The position numbers and the translations under genes were made by a program. Below are positions 39,637 through 48,895 of a stretch of 64,000 bases of DNA, in pieces (positions within the stretch are counted from its first letter, which is position 1; every line of letters begins with the position of its first letter). Below the pieces are notes generated by a model. The model did not search any database. It was not told the origin of the DNA and saw only the letters and a program-made list of their open reading frames with translations. Source of the DNA: Lysobacteraceae bacterium (GTDB lineage: Bacteria; Pseudomonadota; Gammaproteobacteria; Xanthomonadales; BQJN01); the NCBI GenBank assembly GCA_021604725.1, contig BQJN01000003.1, positions 2,416 through 66,415 on the forward strand, in the 5' to 3' direction.

Positions 39637-41709
39637 TCAGGCCTCAGCGAATTGTTGTCGGCTGCCAAGCCAGCGGTCGAGCAGGGCGACGGCGTTACTG
39701 AGGTTGTTTTCGACCAGTTCATCGGCATGTTCGTGCACTTGTTCCAGCAAGTCGCCATCGCGTTCCAGGCTGGCCAGGCGGAAGTTGACCATGCCGGTCT
39801 GACGGGTGCCCAATAATTCGCCCGGCCCACGAAGCTCCAGGTCTTGACGTGCGATTTCGAAGCCGTCGTTGCTTTCACGCAATACCCCGATGCGTTTGCG
39901 AGCCATCTCCGACAAGGGGGCCTGGTACAACAGCAGACAGGTGGACGCCTCAGAACCTCGGCCAACGCGACCGCGCAGTTGATGCAATTGCGCCAAGCCC
40001 AGCCGCTCGCAGTTGTCGATAATCATCAAACTGGCATTGGGGACATCGACGCCCACCTCAATGACCGTGGTGGCCACCAACAGATCCAGTTCACCCTGTT
40101 TGAATTGGCGCATGACATCACTCTTTTCTGCCGCCTTCAACCGCCCGTGCACCAGGCCAACTCGCAGCGGTTTGAGTTCCGCCTGCAAGGTTTCATAGGC
40201 TTCATTGGCCGCCTGCGCCTCGATTTGATCAGATGGGTCGATCAAGGTACAGACCCAATAGGCCTGCTTACCCTGTTTTAATGCGACGCGAATGCGGTCG
40301 ATGACATCCTGCCGGCGGTTTTGCGCGATGGCGATGGTGTTGACCGCTTGTCGGCCCGGCGGCAACTCGTCGATCGACGACACATCCAGGTCGGCATAGG
40401 CGGCCATGGCCAGCGTTCTTGGGATGGGCGTGGCGGTCATGATGATCTGGTGTGGATAGGCCGACCCTTGCTGACCCTTGCGGCGCAAGGCCAGGCGCTG
40501 CTGTACACCGAAACGGTGTTGCTCGTCGACCACCACCAGGCCAAGGGATCGGTAACTCACCTCGTCCTGAAACAGCGCATGCGTACCGACGATGATGTCA
40601 GCGTCACTGGCGATGCTTTGCAACGCCGCCTGCCGAGCCTTGCCAGTAACTTTGCCCGACAACCAGGTCACCTTCAGACCCAAAGGTTGGCACCATTGGC
40701 TGAAGGCTTGAAAGTGCTGTTCGGCCAGGAGTTCGGTAGGTGCGGTGATTGCACTTTGGTAGCTACTGCCCACCGCTTGCAGGGCCGCTGCCGCAGCCAC
40801 CACGGTTTTTCCGGAACCGACATCGCCCTGCACCAGGCGCATGCATGGTGTACTGGTCTTCAGGTCGTGGCTCAGTTCTCTGACCACGCGTTGCTGCGCG
40901 CCAGTCAGTGTGAACGGCAGTTGCTCGACGAAGCGTGTCACCAGGTCGGTGCTCGGATCGAGCACAGGCGCATCCTGCAAGCGCACCCGCTGCCGTGCCA
41001 TTCGCATACTGACGCCATGCGCCAACAATTCTTCGAAGGCGAGCCGTTGCTGTGCCGGGTGTTGACCGCTAAGCAGCAGTTCAGGGTCGACATCGGCCGG
41101 TGGCGTATGCAACAGCTCCAAGGCATCGATCAATGCCGGCCATTGCCGGTCCTGACAAATCTTCGCCGGCAGCAAGTCATGCATGGCACCGGCTTGCTTG
41201 CGCATACTGTTGAGGATGCTTGCGATAAACCCCGCCAGCCGGTCTTGACTGATGCCTTCGGTGGCGGGGTACACTGGATTGAGGCGCTCTGGAAGGGGCT
41301 GGTCAAGCGAGCGCAGGATTTGCCAGCGTGGATGGATCATCTCCAGCCCTTGCATGCCATAGCGCGCATCGCCGATCAGGCGAATGATGCGACCGGCGGC
41401 CAGGGTTGCCAACTGGTTGCGAAAGAAGTGAAACAGGCGCATCTGCAACAGCCCCGAGTCATCCTCAACCAGGACCTTCAATTCCTGTCGACCGCGGTAG
41501 ACCACACCTGAGCTCAGCACCTTGCCTTGCACCACCGCGTGCTGACCCGGTTTGAGCTCACCAATGGGCGTTAGCCTGGTATGGTCTTCATAGCGAAACG
41601 GCAAGTGGAACAGCAGGTCCAGCGGTCGCTCTATGCCGAGTTTGGCCAGGCGCTTGGCAATCGCTGGGCCAACACCTGGCAGCTGGACAAGTGGGCCATT
41701 GAGGTCCAT
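39637..41709 (-). CDS. recG: ATP-dependent DNA helicase RecG
   Basis: 690 aa. N-terminal wedge domain, Walker A GDVGSGKT, DEQHRFG, TATPIPRTL, TTVIEVGVDVPNAS and HQLRGRVGRG. Confidence 0.95.
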   Translation of the reverse strand: MDLNGPLVQLPGVGPAIAKRLAKLGIERPLDLLFHLPFRYEDHTRLTPIGELKPGQHAVVQGKVLSSGVVYRGRQELKVLVEDDSGLLQMRLFHFFRNQLATLAAGRIIRLIGDARYGMQGLEMIHPRWQILRSLDQPLPERLNPVYPATEGISQDRLAGFIASILNSMRKQAGAMHDLLPAKICQDRQWPALIDALELLHTPPADVDPELLLSGQHPAQQRLAFEELLAHGVSMRMARQRVRLQDAPVLDPSTDLVTRFVEQLPFTLTGAQQRVVRELSHDLKTSTPCMRLVQGDVGSGKTVVAAAAALQAVGSSYQSAITAPTELLAEQHFQAFSQWCQPLGLKVTWLSGKVTGKARQAALQSIASDADIIVGTHALFQDEVSYRSLGLVVVDEQHRFGVQQRLALRRKGQQGSAYPHQIIMTATPIPRTLAMAAYADLDVSSIDELPPGRQAVNTIAIAQNRRQDVIDRIRVALKQGKQAYWVCTLIDPSDQIEAQAANEAYETLQAELKPLRVGLVHGRLKAAEKSDVMRQFKQGELDLLVATTVIEVGVDVPNASLMIIDNCERLGLAQLHQLRGRVGRGSEASTCLLLYQAPLSEMARKRIGVLRESNDGFEIARQDLELRGPGELLGTRQTGMVNFRLASLERDGDLLEQVHEHADELVENNLSNAVALLDRWLGSRQQFAEA

Positions 41710-41753
41710 TGACGTCGTTCGCAGCTCTTGGCTAATCGTTGGGCGGGTGAAAG

Positions 41754-42134
41754 CTAGTCAATAACGACGATGGCATCCATCTCGACATCCGCGCCCTTGG
41801 GCAGCGAGGCGACGCCGATGGCAGCGCGCGCCGGATAGTCATCAAAGTAGCGTTCCATCGCCTGGTTGACGGCAGCGAAGTTGCCAAGGTCGGTCAGAAA
41901 CACGTTGAGTTTGACGATGTTGTTTAGGGTACCACCGGCTGCCGCGATAACCGCCGACAAGTTGTCGAGGACGCGCGAGACACGATCGTCAAAGCTGCCT
42001 TCGACCATTTCGCCAGTGGCTGGATCCAAGGGGATTTGCCCCGATAGATAGACGGTGTTCCCGACTTTGATGGCCTGCGAATAGGTGCCGATGGCGGCCG
42101 GGGCATCGTCGCTGTGAATGACTTGTCTAGACAT
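41754..42134 (-). CDS. ridA: RidA family reactive-enamine/imine deaminase
   Basis: [23 protein letters not shown] and [21 protein letters not shown]. The ATG ending at 42134 has a GGAG upstream and gives the usual ~126 aa. Confidence 0.9.
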   Translation of the reverse strand: MSRQVIHSDDAPAAIGTYSQAIKVGNTVYLSGQIPLDPATGEMVEGSFDDRVSRVLDNLSAVIAAAGGTLNNIVKLNVFLTDLGNFAAVNQAMERYFDDYPARAAIGVASLPKGADVEMDAIVVID

Positions 42135-42203
42135 GAGGGACTCCTTGCGTATCTGATATGCAAACATTGTGCATGGATTGGTCGGTGGAGGACAGCGGCA
42201 TCA

Positions 42204-42938
42204 TCATGCACGCGCCAGTGTCCAGACTTCCACCCATTGGGCACCAGCCTTCTTGAGCTGCTTTGTACACTCGGCGACAGTGGCCCCACTGGTCATGACG
42301 TCATCCACGATGGTTAGCCTCTTTGGAACGTTGGCAACGACCTCAAAGGCGTTGCGCACGTTCCTGCCGCGCTCGTCCTTGGGCAAGGTGGACTGGGCCG
42401 GCGTATTGGCGCTTCGACGCAGCAGCGGCATTACCGGGGCCTTGGCGATGGCTCGAAGCGGCTTGGCCAGCAACTCGGCTTGATTGAACTTGCGTTGCCG
42501 CTGCCGGGTGGCATGCAGCGGCACCGGAACTATGGCGTCGACCACACCTAGGCGGTCGGACAGCGATCGCTGCATCAGCAAAGCCAGGGTGCGGCCGATG
42601 TCGCGCCGGTGTGAGAACTTCATGCGTTGCACCAGCCAGTCCAGCGGATAGCCGTAATGGTAGGCGGCGATGGCGCGATCGAAGGGCGGCGGCTTTTGCT
42701 GGCATTGGCCGCACACTTCGGCAACTGGCATGGGCATCGCGCAGTGCGGGCAGGCGCAGCTTGGTCGCGGCAATTGCAACTGACATGCCGCGCACAGTGC
42801 CAGGCTATCAACGCCGGGTTGCAGACAAAACAAACAATCCTGCGGCAATAGGCTGTCAACCAAAGCGGCCAGCTTTTGGTTGACAGCAAACAGGCGGCTG
42901 GCAATACTGCCGTGCTCAACTGGATATTGCTCGCGCAT
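42204..42938 (-). CDS. comF: ComF family protein (phosphoribosyltransferase domain)
   Basis: N-terminal double Cys pairs (CLFC...CAAC; CPHC...CGQC). C-terminal PRTase motif LTIVDDVMTSGATV. The start is at 42938 or 42959. Confidence 0.8.
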   Translation of the reverse strand: MREQYPVEHGSIASRLFAVNQKLAALVDSLLPQDCLFCLQPGVDSLALCAACQLQLPRPSCACPHCAMPMPVAEVCGQCQQKPPPFDRAIAAYHYGYPLDWLVQRMKFSHRRDIGRTLALLMQRSLSDRLGVVDAIVPVPLHATRQRQRKFNQAELLAKPLRAIAKAPVMPLLRRSANTPAQSTLPKDERGRNVRNAFEVVANVPKRLTIVDDVMTSGATVAECTKQLKKAGAQWVEVWTLARA

Positions 42939-42952
42939 GGTAGGAGTCTTCC

Positions 42953-43927
42953 TTGTCAAATACTGAACTGATCCGTCACGACTGGACGGTAGACCAAATC
43001 GTCGAACTGTTCAATCTTCCTTTCTCCGAGCTGATTTACCGTGCGGCAACGGTGCACCGGCAATTCTTCGAGCCCGATCAGGTACAAGTGTCGACTTTGC
43101 TGAGCATCAAAACCGGGGCTTGCCCGGAAGATTGCAAGTATTGCCCGCAATCGGCGCACTACAAAACTGGCCTTGAGGTTGAGCGCTTGCTGGAGTTGCA
43201 GACGGTGGTCGACAAGGCGAAACAGGCTAAAGCGGCCGGTGCCACTCGTTTCTGCATGGGGGCTGCCTGGCGTCAGCCTCGTGACAAGGATCTTGATCGT
43301 GTCATCGACATGGTCACCGAAGTGCGCAAGCTGGGCATGGAAACCTGCGTCACGCTGGGCATGCTGGAAGCGCAACAGGCACAGCGCTTGAAGGAGGCTG
43401 GTCTGGACTACTACAACCACAATATCGATACCTCCGAGGAGTACTACTCGGAAGTGATCTCGACGCGCAAGTTTGATGATCGACTGCAGACTCTGGAGAA
43501 CGTCCGCCAAGCCGGGCTCAATGTGTGCTGTGGCGGCATTGTTGGCATGGGCGAATCGGTTGATGATCGAGCGTCGATGTTGAAGACGCTGGCCAACTTG
43601 CCGACGCACCCGCAAAGTGTGCCGATCAATCAGCTGGTACGCGTTGCTGGAACACCCTACGAAGATGAAAAGGAAGTCGAAGCGCTGGATATGGTCCGTA
43701 CCATCGCGGTGGCTCGCATCGTGTTGCCCAAGTCCATGGTGCGCCTGTCCGCCGGCCGCAGCGAAATGAGCGATGAGACCCAGGCGCTGTGCTTCCTGGC
43801 CGGTGCCAACTCGGTATTTTATGGTGAGCGCTTGCTGACCACCGATAACCCCGATGAACACCACGACCAGCAACTGTTCAAGAAGTTGGGTGTGAAGCCG
43901 ATGCCGGCCCATTCGGGAGCGGCCTAG
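42953..43927 (+). CDS. bioB: biotin synthase
   Basis: Radical-SAM motif [11 protein letters not shown], plus YNHNIDTS and [11 protein letters not shown] start with AGGAG upstream. Confidence 0.95.
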   Translation: MSNTELIRHDWTVDQIVELFNLPFSELIYRAATVHRQFFEPDQVQVSTLLSIKTGACPEDCKYCPQSAHYKTGLEVERLLELQTVVDKAKQAKAAGATRFCMGAAWRQPRDKDLDRVIDMVTEVRKLGMETCVTLGMLEAQQAQRLKEAGLDYYNHNIDTSEEYYSEVISTRKFDDRLQTLENVRQAGLNVCCGGIVGMGESVDDRASMLKTLANLPTHPQSVPINQLVRVAGTPYEDEKEVEALDMVRTIAVARIVLPKSMVRLSAGRSEMSDETQALCFLAGANSVFYGERLLTTDNPDEHHDQQLFKKLGVKPMPAHSGAA

Positions 43928-43951
43928 CGCGGGCATCCGACACAGCGTGCC

Positions 43952-45121
43952 ATGCAAAGCAACTCTCCACTGCCCGGTCGCGTTGCGGCGGCCCGGCTTG
44001 AGCGCGCCAACGCCGGACTGCTGCGACGTGTAAAGACGGCGCGGCGTTTCGCTGATCGGCGGCTGCAAACCGCACAGGGTGAGCTGATCGACTTTGCCAG
44101 CAACGACTACCTTGGGTTAAGCCAGGAACACACCGTTGTTGAGGCGATGGTCGCGGCCGCGCGCGAATATGGGTCCGGTGCCGGAGCCGCCCATCTGCTC
44201 GGTGGCCATCACCCGCTACATCAACAGCTCAGTGAGCAACTGGCCGATTGGCTGGGTCGCGACAAAGTACTGTTGTTTGCCACCGGCTACATGGCCAATC
44301 TCGGCACCATTGCCGGCTTGCTTGAGCGCGGTGATATCTGCATTCAGGACAAACTGAATCATGCCTCTTTGATCGACGCTGCCAGGTTGTCGGGCGCAGA
44401 ACTGAAGCGTTACCCACACGCTGATCTTGCGGCCGCTGAAAGGCGCCTTGCGCAGAGCGAAGGCAGGGTGTCGATGCTGATCACTGATGGCGTTTTCAGT
44501 ATGGACGGCGATGTCGCCCCACTAACAGACCTGGCCAAGCTGTGCCAACGCTATGGGTCGGTTCTGATGGTCGACGATGCTCATGGTCTGGGCGTTTGTG
44601 GCGAACAGGGCCGCGGTAGTTGTGCGGACCTATCCAGCCAACAGCTACCGTTGTTGATGGGCACGCTGGGCAAGGCTTTTGGCCAGTCGGGTGCCTTCGT
44701 TGCAGCCGATGGGCACTGGATTGATCATCTGACCCAATCGGCACGACCTTTTGTCTATTCTACTGCCCCACCCCCACCGGTTGCGGCCGCGAACTTGGCC
44801 GCGCTGGCCATCATTCGTGATCAGCCGCAGCGGCGGCAAAGACTGCAGGACAACATCGCGCACTTTCGTCGGCTCGCAACGCAAGTCGGCATCGAATTGC
44901 AGGACGTGCACGGCCCGATTCAGCCGCTGATGATCGGGGATGCCAGTCAGGCCCTGAAGTTGGCGACCCGGCTGGGCGATGCCGGCTTTTATGTGCCAGC
45001 GATTCGGCCACCGACCGTGCCGGCGGGCAGCGCTCGTTTGCGCGTGACCTTGAGTGCTGCTCATTCGCGGCAACAAATCGAAGCATTGCTTGGCGCGCTG
45101 GAGACGGTTCATGCACATTGA
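43952..45121 (+). CDS. bioF: 8-amino-7-oxononanoate synthase
   Basis: SNDYLGL, MVDDAHGLG, and GTLGKAFG (PLP lysine). Confidence 0.9.
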   Translation: MQSNSPLPGRVAAARLERANAGLLRRVKTARRFADRRLQTAQGELIDFASNDYLGLSQEHTVVEAMVAAAREYGSGAGAAHLLGGHHPLHQQLSEQLADWLGRDKVLLFATGYMANLGTIAGLLERGDICIQDKLNHASLIDAARLSGAELKRYPHADLAAAERRLAQSEGRVSMLITDGVFSMDGDVAPLTDLAKLCQRYGSVLMVDDAHGLGVCGEQGRGSCADLSSQQLPLLMGTLGKAFGQSGAFVAADGHWIDHLTQSARPFVYSTAPPPPVAAANLAALAIIRDQPQRRQRLQDNIAHFRRLATQVGIELQDVHGPIQPLMIGDASQALKLATRLGDAGFYVPAIRPPTVPAGSARLRVTLSAAHSRQQIEALLGALETVHAH

Positions 45122-45866
45122 AGTGAGCGGAAAGGGTGATGATTCAATGGTCATGCTGCACGGCTGGGGCATGCACGGTGGTGTGTTTCGTGAGGTGTTG
45201 CCGGCGTTGGAAGACCGCTTTCGCGTACACCGTGTCGACTTGCCGGGTCATGGCCTGTCCAGCGAACGCGAGTTGACTGAGCTGCCGGCCCTGGCTGCCG
45301 AGCTGACTGAGTTGTTGCCTACCGGCATCTGGTTGGGATGGTCGCTGGGTGGCCTGATCGCGCAGCAGGTGGCATTGCAGTCGCCGCATCGAGTGCAACG
45401 CCTGGCGCTGATCGCTTCAACACCCAAGTTTGTGGCATCCGAGGACTGGGCTACGGCCATGCCGATTGATGTGTTCAATGCCTTTGCCGCCGATTTGGCC
45501 GAAGACTGGCGCGGAACGGTGAAGCGTTTCATTGCCCTGGAAGTGCATGGCAGTGATACCGAGCGCAGGGACTTGCGTACCCTGCATCAGACTATGCTGC
45601 GGCGGCCGCCACCGTCGCCACAGGCGCTGGCCAGCGGGCTGGCCATGCTGCGCTGCAACGACCTTCGTCCAGGTCTGCCACAAATTGAGATGCCAGCACT
45701 ATGGATCAGTGGTCGACGCGATCGGCTGGTGCCGAGCGCTGCATCGGCTGCAGCGGCGCGTATGTGTGCAGATGGCACCCATGTCGAGATCCGCGGTGCA
45801 GGTCATGCGCCTTTTATGGGTCACCCTAAGCAGTTCCTGGCCGCCCTGCTGGAATTCTGCCAATGA
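45111..45866 (+). CDS. bioH: pimeloyl-[ACP] methyl ester carboxylesterase
   Basis: MVMLHGWGM, nucleophile elbow GWSLGG, and GAGHAPF. ATG 45111 overlaps the end of bioF; the longer track start at 45054 is unlikely. Confidence 0.85.
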   Translation: MHIEVSGKGDDSMVMLHGWGMHGGVFREVLPALEDRFRVHRVDLPGHGLSSERELTELPALAAELTELLPTGIWLGWSLGGLIAQQVALQSPHRVQRLALIASTPKFVASEDWATAMPIDVFNAFAADLAEDWRGTVKRFIALEVHGSDTERRDLRTLHQTMLRRPPPSPQALASGLAMLRCNDLRPGLPQIEMPALWISGRRDRLVPSAASAAAARMCADGTHVEIRGAGHAPFMGHPKQFLAALLEFCQ

Positions 45867-46732
45867 ACCCTATGGATCTGGATCGACGATTGGCCAGACG
45901 TCACTTTTCGCGTGCTGCCGATACCTACTCAGCTGCGGCCGCGTTGCAGCACGAAGTCGAAGACCGGCTGCTGGAGCGCCTGGATCTACTGCCTGAGTTT
46001 GAGGGGCTGGTGGTCGATGCCGGCTGTGGACCGGGTCGCGCCAGTCATGCATTGAAAAAGCGTTACAAGAAGGCGCGGGTGTTGAGTCTGGATTTCGCGC
46101 TGCCGATGCTCAAACAAATACGTCCTGGTTGGCGCAAGCCCATCATGCGGGTGGCCGGTGACATACGGGCTCTGCCAATGAGAGCCGGAAGCGTTGACCT
46201 GATGTTTTCTTCACTGGCTTTGCAGTGGTGCGAGCCGCTGGACAAAACGCTGCTGGAAATCGGTCGCGTGTTGAAACCTGGTGCACCGGTGCTGTTCACC
46301 ACTTTTGGCGCAGACACCTTGATGGAATTGCGCCAAGCCTGGCACCAAGCCGACCCGGGCGTGCCGCATGTACACACCTTTCGTGATCTGCGCGAAATCG
46401 GTGACTTGATGATGAAGCTTGGTTTCGTCAACCCGGTGATCGATGTGGACGAGTTCACCCTCAACTACAGTGACGTGTTCGAGTTGATGCGAGAGCTCAA
46501 AGCCATCGGTGCCCACAACGCAGCCCGAGATCGACGCAGTGGTTTGACCGGGCGGGCAACCTTGAACCGCCTGCTGGACCAGTGCGAACAGCAAATGGAA
46601 GCCGGTCAACTGCCCTCGACCTGGCAGGTGGTCTACGGCCACGCCACCGCGCCCGAGACCGCTGCTACCCACCGCGATGGCGACACCACCATCGCCACCT
46701 TCCCCGTCGAAAAACTAAAGCGTCGTCGCTGA
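45863..46732 (+). CDS. bioC: malonyl-[ACP] O-methyltransferase
   Basis: FSRAADTYSAAAALQ, SAM motif VVDAGCGPG, and LKPGAPVLFTTFG. ATGA overlap with bioH. Confidence 0.85.
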   Translation: MNPMDLDRRLARRHFSRAADTYSAAAALQHEVEDRLLERLDLLPEFEGLVVDAGCGPGRASHALKKRYKKARVLSLDFALPMLKQIRPGWRKPIMRVAGDIRALPMRAGSVDLMFSSLALQWCEPLDKTLLEIGRVLKPGAPVLFTTFGADTLMELRQAWHQADPGVPHVHTFRDLREIGDLMMKLGFVNPVIDVDEFTLNYSDVFELMRELKAIGAHNAARDRRSGLTGRATLNRLLDQCEQQMEAGQLPSTWQVVYGHATAPETAATHRDGDTTIATFPVEKLKRRR

Positions 46733-46744
46733 ATTGCCCTGCTC

Positions 46745-46913
46745 AGCGTAGCTGGGTATGCAGTGAGGTTATTCGGCAGAACGGGCTGCTGCATTGCTCT
46801 CACCGAACCGTCGCAGGGGGTGAAAGGCAAGGCTTTCCGGCCCGAGGGAAGCGCAGTGTACTCTCGTACATGAGCATTCCCGAGTGGCCGGTATAACGCC
46901 GAATTTCGCCGCC
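46745..46913. repeat. copy 1 of a structured ~169-nt intergenic element (candidate sRNA or repetitive extragenic element)
   Basis: Direct repeat of 46998-47167. The last 143 nt differ at only 2 positions. Contains the long imperfect hairpin 46837-46891 (ccggcc..gggaa..tgtac-tctc-gtaca..ttccc..ggccgg). Confidence 0.8.
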
Positions 46914-46997
46914 TTCCGATACAAACCTATACCGTTTGGCACCCACGTCTAGGGCCGTTGCACAGTGCTAAAGACTAGGCACACCTAGTTTGGGTGA

Positions 46998-47167
46998 AGC
47001 GTAGCTGGGTATGCGGTAAGGGCTATTCGGCAGAACGGGCTGCTGCATTGCTCTCACCGAACCGTCGCAGGGGGTGAAAGGCAAGGCTTTCCGGCCCGAG
47101 GGAAGCGCAGTGTACTTTCGTACATGAGCATTCCCGAGCGGCCGGTATAACGCCGAATTTCGCCGCC
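46998..47167. repeat. copy 2 of the ~169-nt intergenic element
   Basis: Lies 253 nt downstream of copy 1 in the same orientation. The two substitutions in the conserved 143 nt fall in the hairpin loop (tctc>tttc) and in a bulge (gagt>gagc). Confidence 0.8.
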
Positions 47168-47183
47168 TGCGGCGGTTCCCTGG

Positions 47184-48590
47184 TTACAGATGTTTAATTT
47201 CTTGCACCAACCAATTCGCTGCCTCTGACCCATCCCCAAACAACATCTTGGTGTTGTCGGCAAAGAACAGGGCGTTTTCAATGCCAGCAAAGCCGGTACC
47301 ACGTCCACGTTTGATGACGATAACGTTTTTGGCTTCCTCTACATCCAGAATTGGCATGCCGTAAATCGGGCTTGAAGGGTCAGTTTTTGCCACTGGATTG
47401 ACCACGTCGTTGGCACCAATAACCAGGGCGACGTCGGTGTTTTTGAATGCCGGATTGATGTCTTCGAGATCCTCAATCAGATCGTACGGTACACCCGCCT
47501 CGGCCAATAAAACGTTCATATGGCCTGGCATGCGGCCCGCCACTGGATGGATCGCGAAACGGACTTTGACACCGCGCTCCTTCAACTTTTGCGTCAGCTC
47601 CCAGATCTTGTGTTGCGCTTGAGCCACGGCCAGACCGTAACCTGGAACGATGACTACGCTTTCTGCGTAAGCCATCATCACCGCGGCATCGGGCGCTTCA
47701 ATTTCCTTCATTGAGCCCTCAACTGCGGTTCCTGCTGCCGCTGTGGCGCCGAAGTTGCCGAACAACACATTGCCCAGCGAGCGGTTCATCGCCTTGGCCA
47801 TCAATTGCGTCAGCATGGTGCCAGCCGCACCGACCACCGTACCGGCGATTATCATCGCCTCGTTCTGCAGCACAAAGCCTTCGAAGCCCACAGCCAGGCC
47901 AGTCAAGGCGTTGTACAGCGAGATCACCACTGGCATGTCGGCACCACCAATCGGCAGCGTCATCAGCACGCCGACCAGCAGAGCCAGCACAAAGAAGGCG
48001 ACGATGGCGGTGGTGTTCAGTTCGTAGACGGCATAGCCCCCGAGCGCCAGCAGCGCCACGAACAGCAGCAAGTTGACGATATGTTGTCCTGGGAAGATGA
48101 ACTGCTTGTCCATCCAGCCCTGCAGTTTGGCAAAGGCCACCAGACTGCCGGAAAACGACACCGTGCCAATCAAAGCACCAGCAACGGCTAGAGTTGCGCT
48201 GGTGGTATTCAGACAGTCATGGCTGCCCAGTTCGCAGGTGCCGGTGGCAACGCCGGTGGCCGCCGCAGCTGAAAACAAGGCCACTGCGCCGATCGCTCCG
48301 GCAGAACCGCCACCCATGCCGTTGTACAGCGCAACCATTTGCGGCATGTCGGTCATGGCTACTCGTTTGCCGCTGATCCAGGCCACCATAGAGCCGACCA
48401 CGATGGCGATCAGCATCAACACGTAGTTGTGCATGTCGGGCAGGAAGAACGTTGCAACGGTGGCCACCACCATGCCGATACCGGCCCAGACGATGCCACC
48501 GCGCGCCGTTTTTGGCGAACTCATGCGTTTTAGCCCGAGAATGAAAAGCAGGGCCGCCCCGTAGTAACTGAATTGAATGAGCTGTTCCAT
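47184..48590 (-). CDS. pntB: NAD(P) transhydrogenase subunit beta
   Basis: 468 aa. Polytopic N-terminus and a C-terminal dIII domain with PGYGLAVAQAQH and HPVAGRMPGHMNVLLAEA. Confidence 0.95.
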   Translation of the reverse strand: MEQLIQFSYYGAALLFILGLKRMSSPKTARGGIVWAGIGMVVATVATFFLPDMHNYVLMLIAIVVGSMVAWISGKRVAMTDMPQMVALYNGMGGGSAGAIGAVALFSAAAATGVATGTCELGSHDCLNTTSATLAVAGALIGTVSFSGSLVAFAKLQGWMDKQFIFPGQHIVNLLLFVALLALGGYAVYELNTTAIVAFFVLALLVGVLMTLPIGGADMPVVISLYNALTGLAVGFEGFVLQNEAMIIAGTVVGAAGTMLTQLMAKAMNRSLGNVLFGNFGATAAAGTAVEGSMKEIEAPDAAVMMAYAESVVIVPGYGLAVAQAQHKIWELTQKLKERGVKVRFAIHPVAGRMPGHMNVLLAEAGVPYDLIEDLEDINPAFKNTDVALVIGANDVVNPVAKTDPSSPIYGMPILDVEEAKNVIVIKRGRGTGFAGIENALFFADNTKMLFGDGSEAANWLVQEIKHL

Positions 48591-48593
48591 CGA

Positions 48594-48893
48594 TTAAGCT
48601 CCTTTGCGGTCGTCGCCGCTGGACTTGAACATTTCAAGCATGCGCTCGGTGACCACGTAGCCGCCTACGGCGTTGCCGGCACCAAGGAACACACCGATGA
48701 AGCCAATCACCCGTTCAAGTGTGCTATCAGCGTGGCCCAGTGCCACCATGGCACCGACCAACACGATGCCGTGAATGAAGTTAGAGCCGGACATCAATGG
48801 CGTGTGCAAAATGACCGGCACGCGGCCAATGATTTCGTACCCGGTAATGGCTGCCAGGGTGAATATGTAGAGGGCGAGAAATCCGTCAATCAT
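48594..48893 (-). CDS. pntAB: NAD(P) transhydrogenase subunit alpha part 2 (membrane)
   Basis: 99-aa protein with 3 TM helices, between the soluble alpha part 1 and beta genes (three-gene split arrangement). Confidence 0.9.
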   Translation of the reverse strand: MIDGFLALYIFTLAAITGYEIIGRVPVILHTPLMSGSNFIHGIVLVGAMVALGHADSTLERVIGFIGVFLGAGNAVGGYVVTERMLEMFKSSGDDRKGA

Positions 48894-48895
48894 GG

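Noticed and set aside
40321-41511. 396-aa plus-strand ORF
   Set aside because: It lies antisense to recG, whose helicase motifs are intact on the minus strand. This is a typical GC-rich shadow ORF.
42956-44068. 370-aa minus-strand ORF
   Set aside because: It lies antisense to bioB, which has an unmistakable radical-SAM CxxxCxxC motif and operon context. Its composition is Arg/Gln/His-rich and it has no motifs.
47161-47176. Hairpin cgccgcc-tgc-ggcgg as the pntB or bioC intrinsic terminator
   Set aside because: It has only a 5-6 bp stem with a 3-nt loop and no U-tract on either strand. That is too weak to annotate.
46582-47308. Track ORFs 46582-46896 (+), 46633-46830 (-) and 47054-47308 (-)
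   Set aside because: They read through the end of bioC, the duplicated intergenic element, or the end of pntB. The repeat is better explained as a structured non-coding element.
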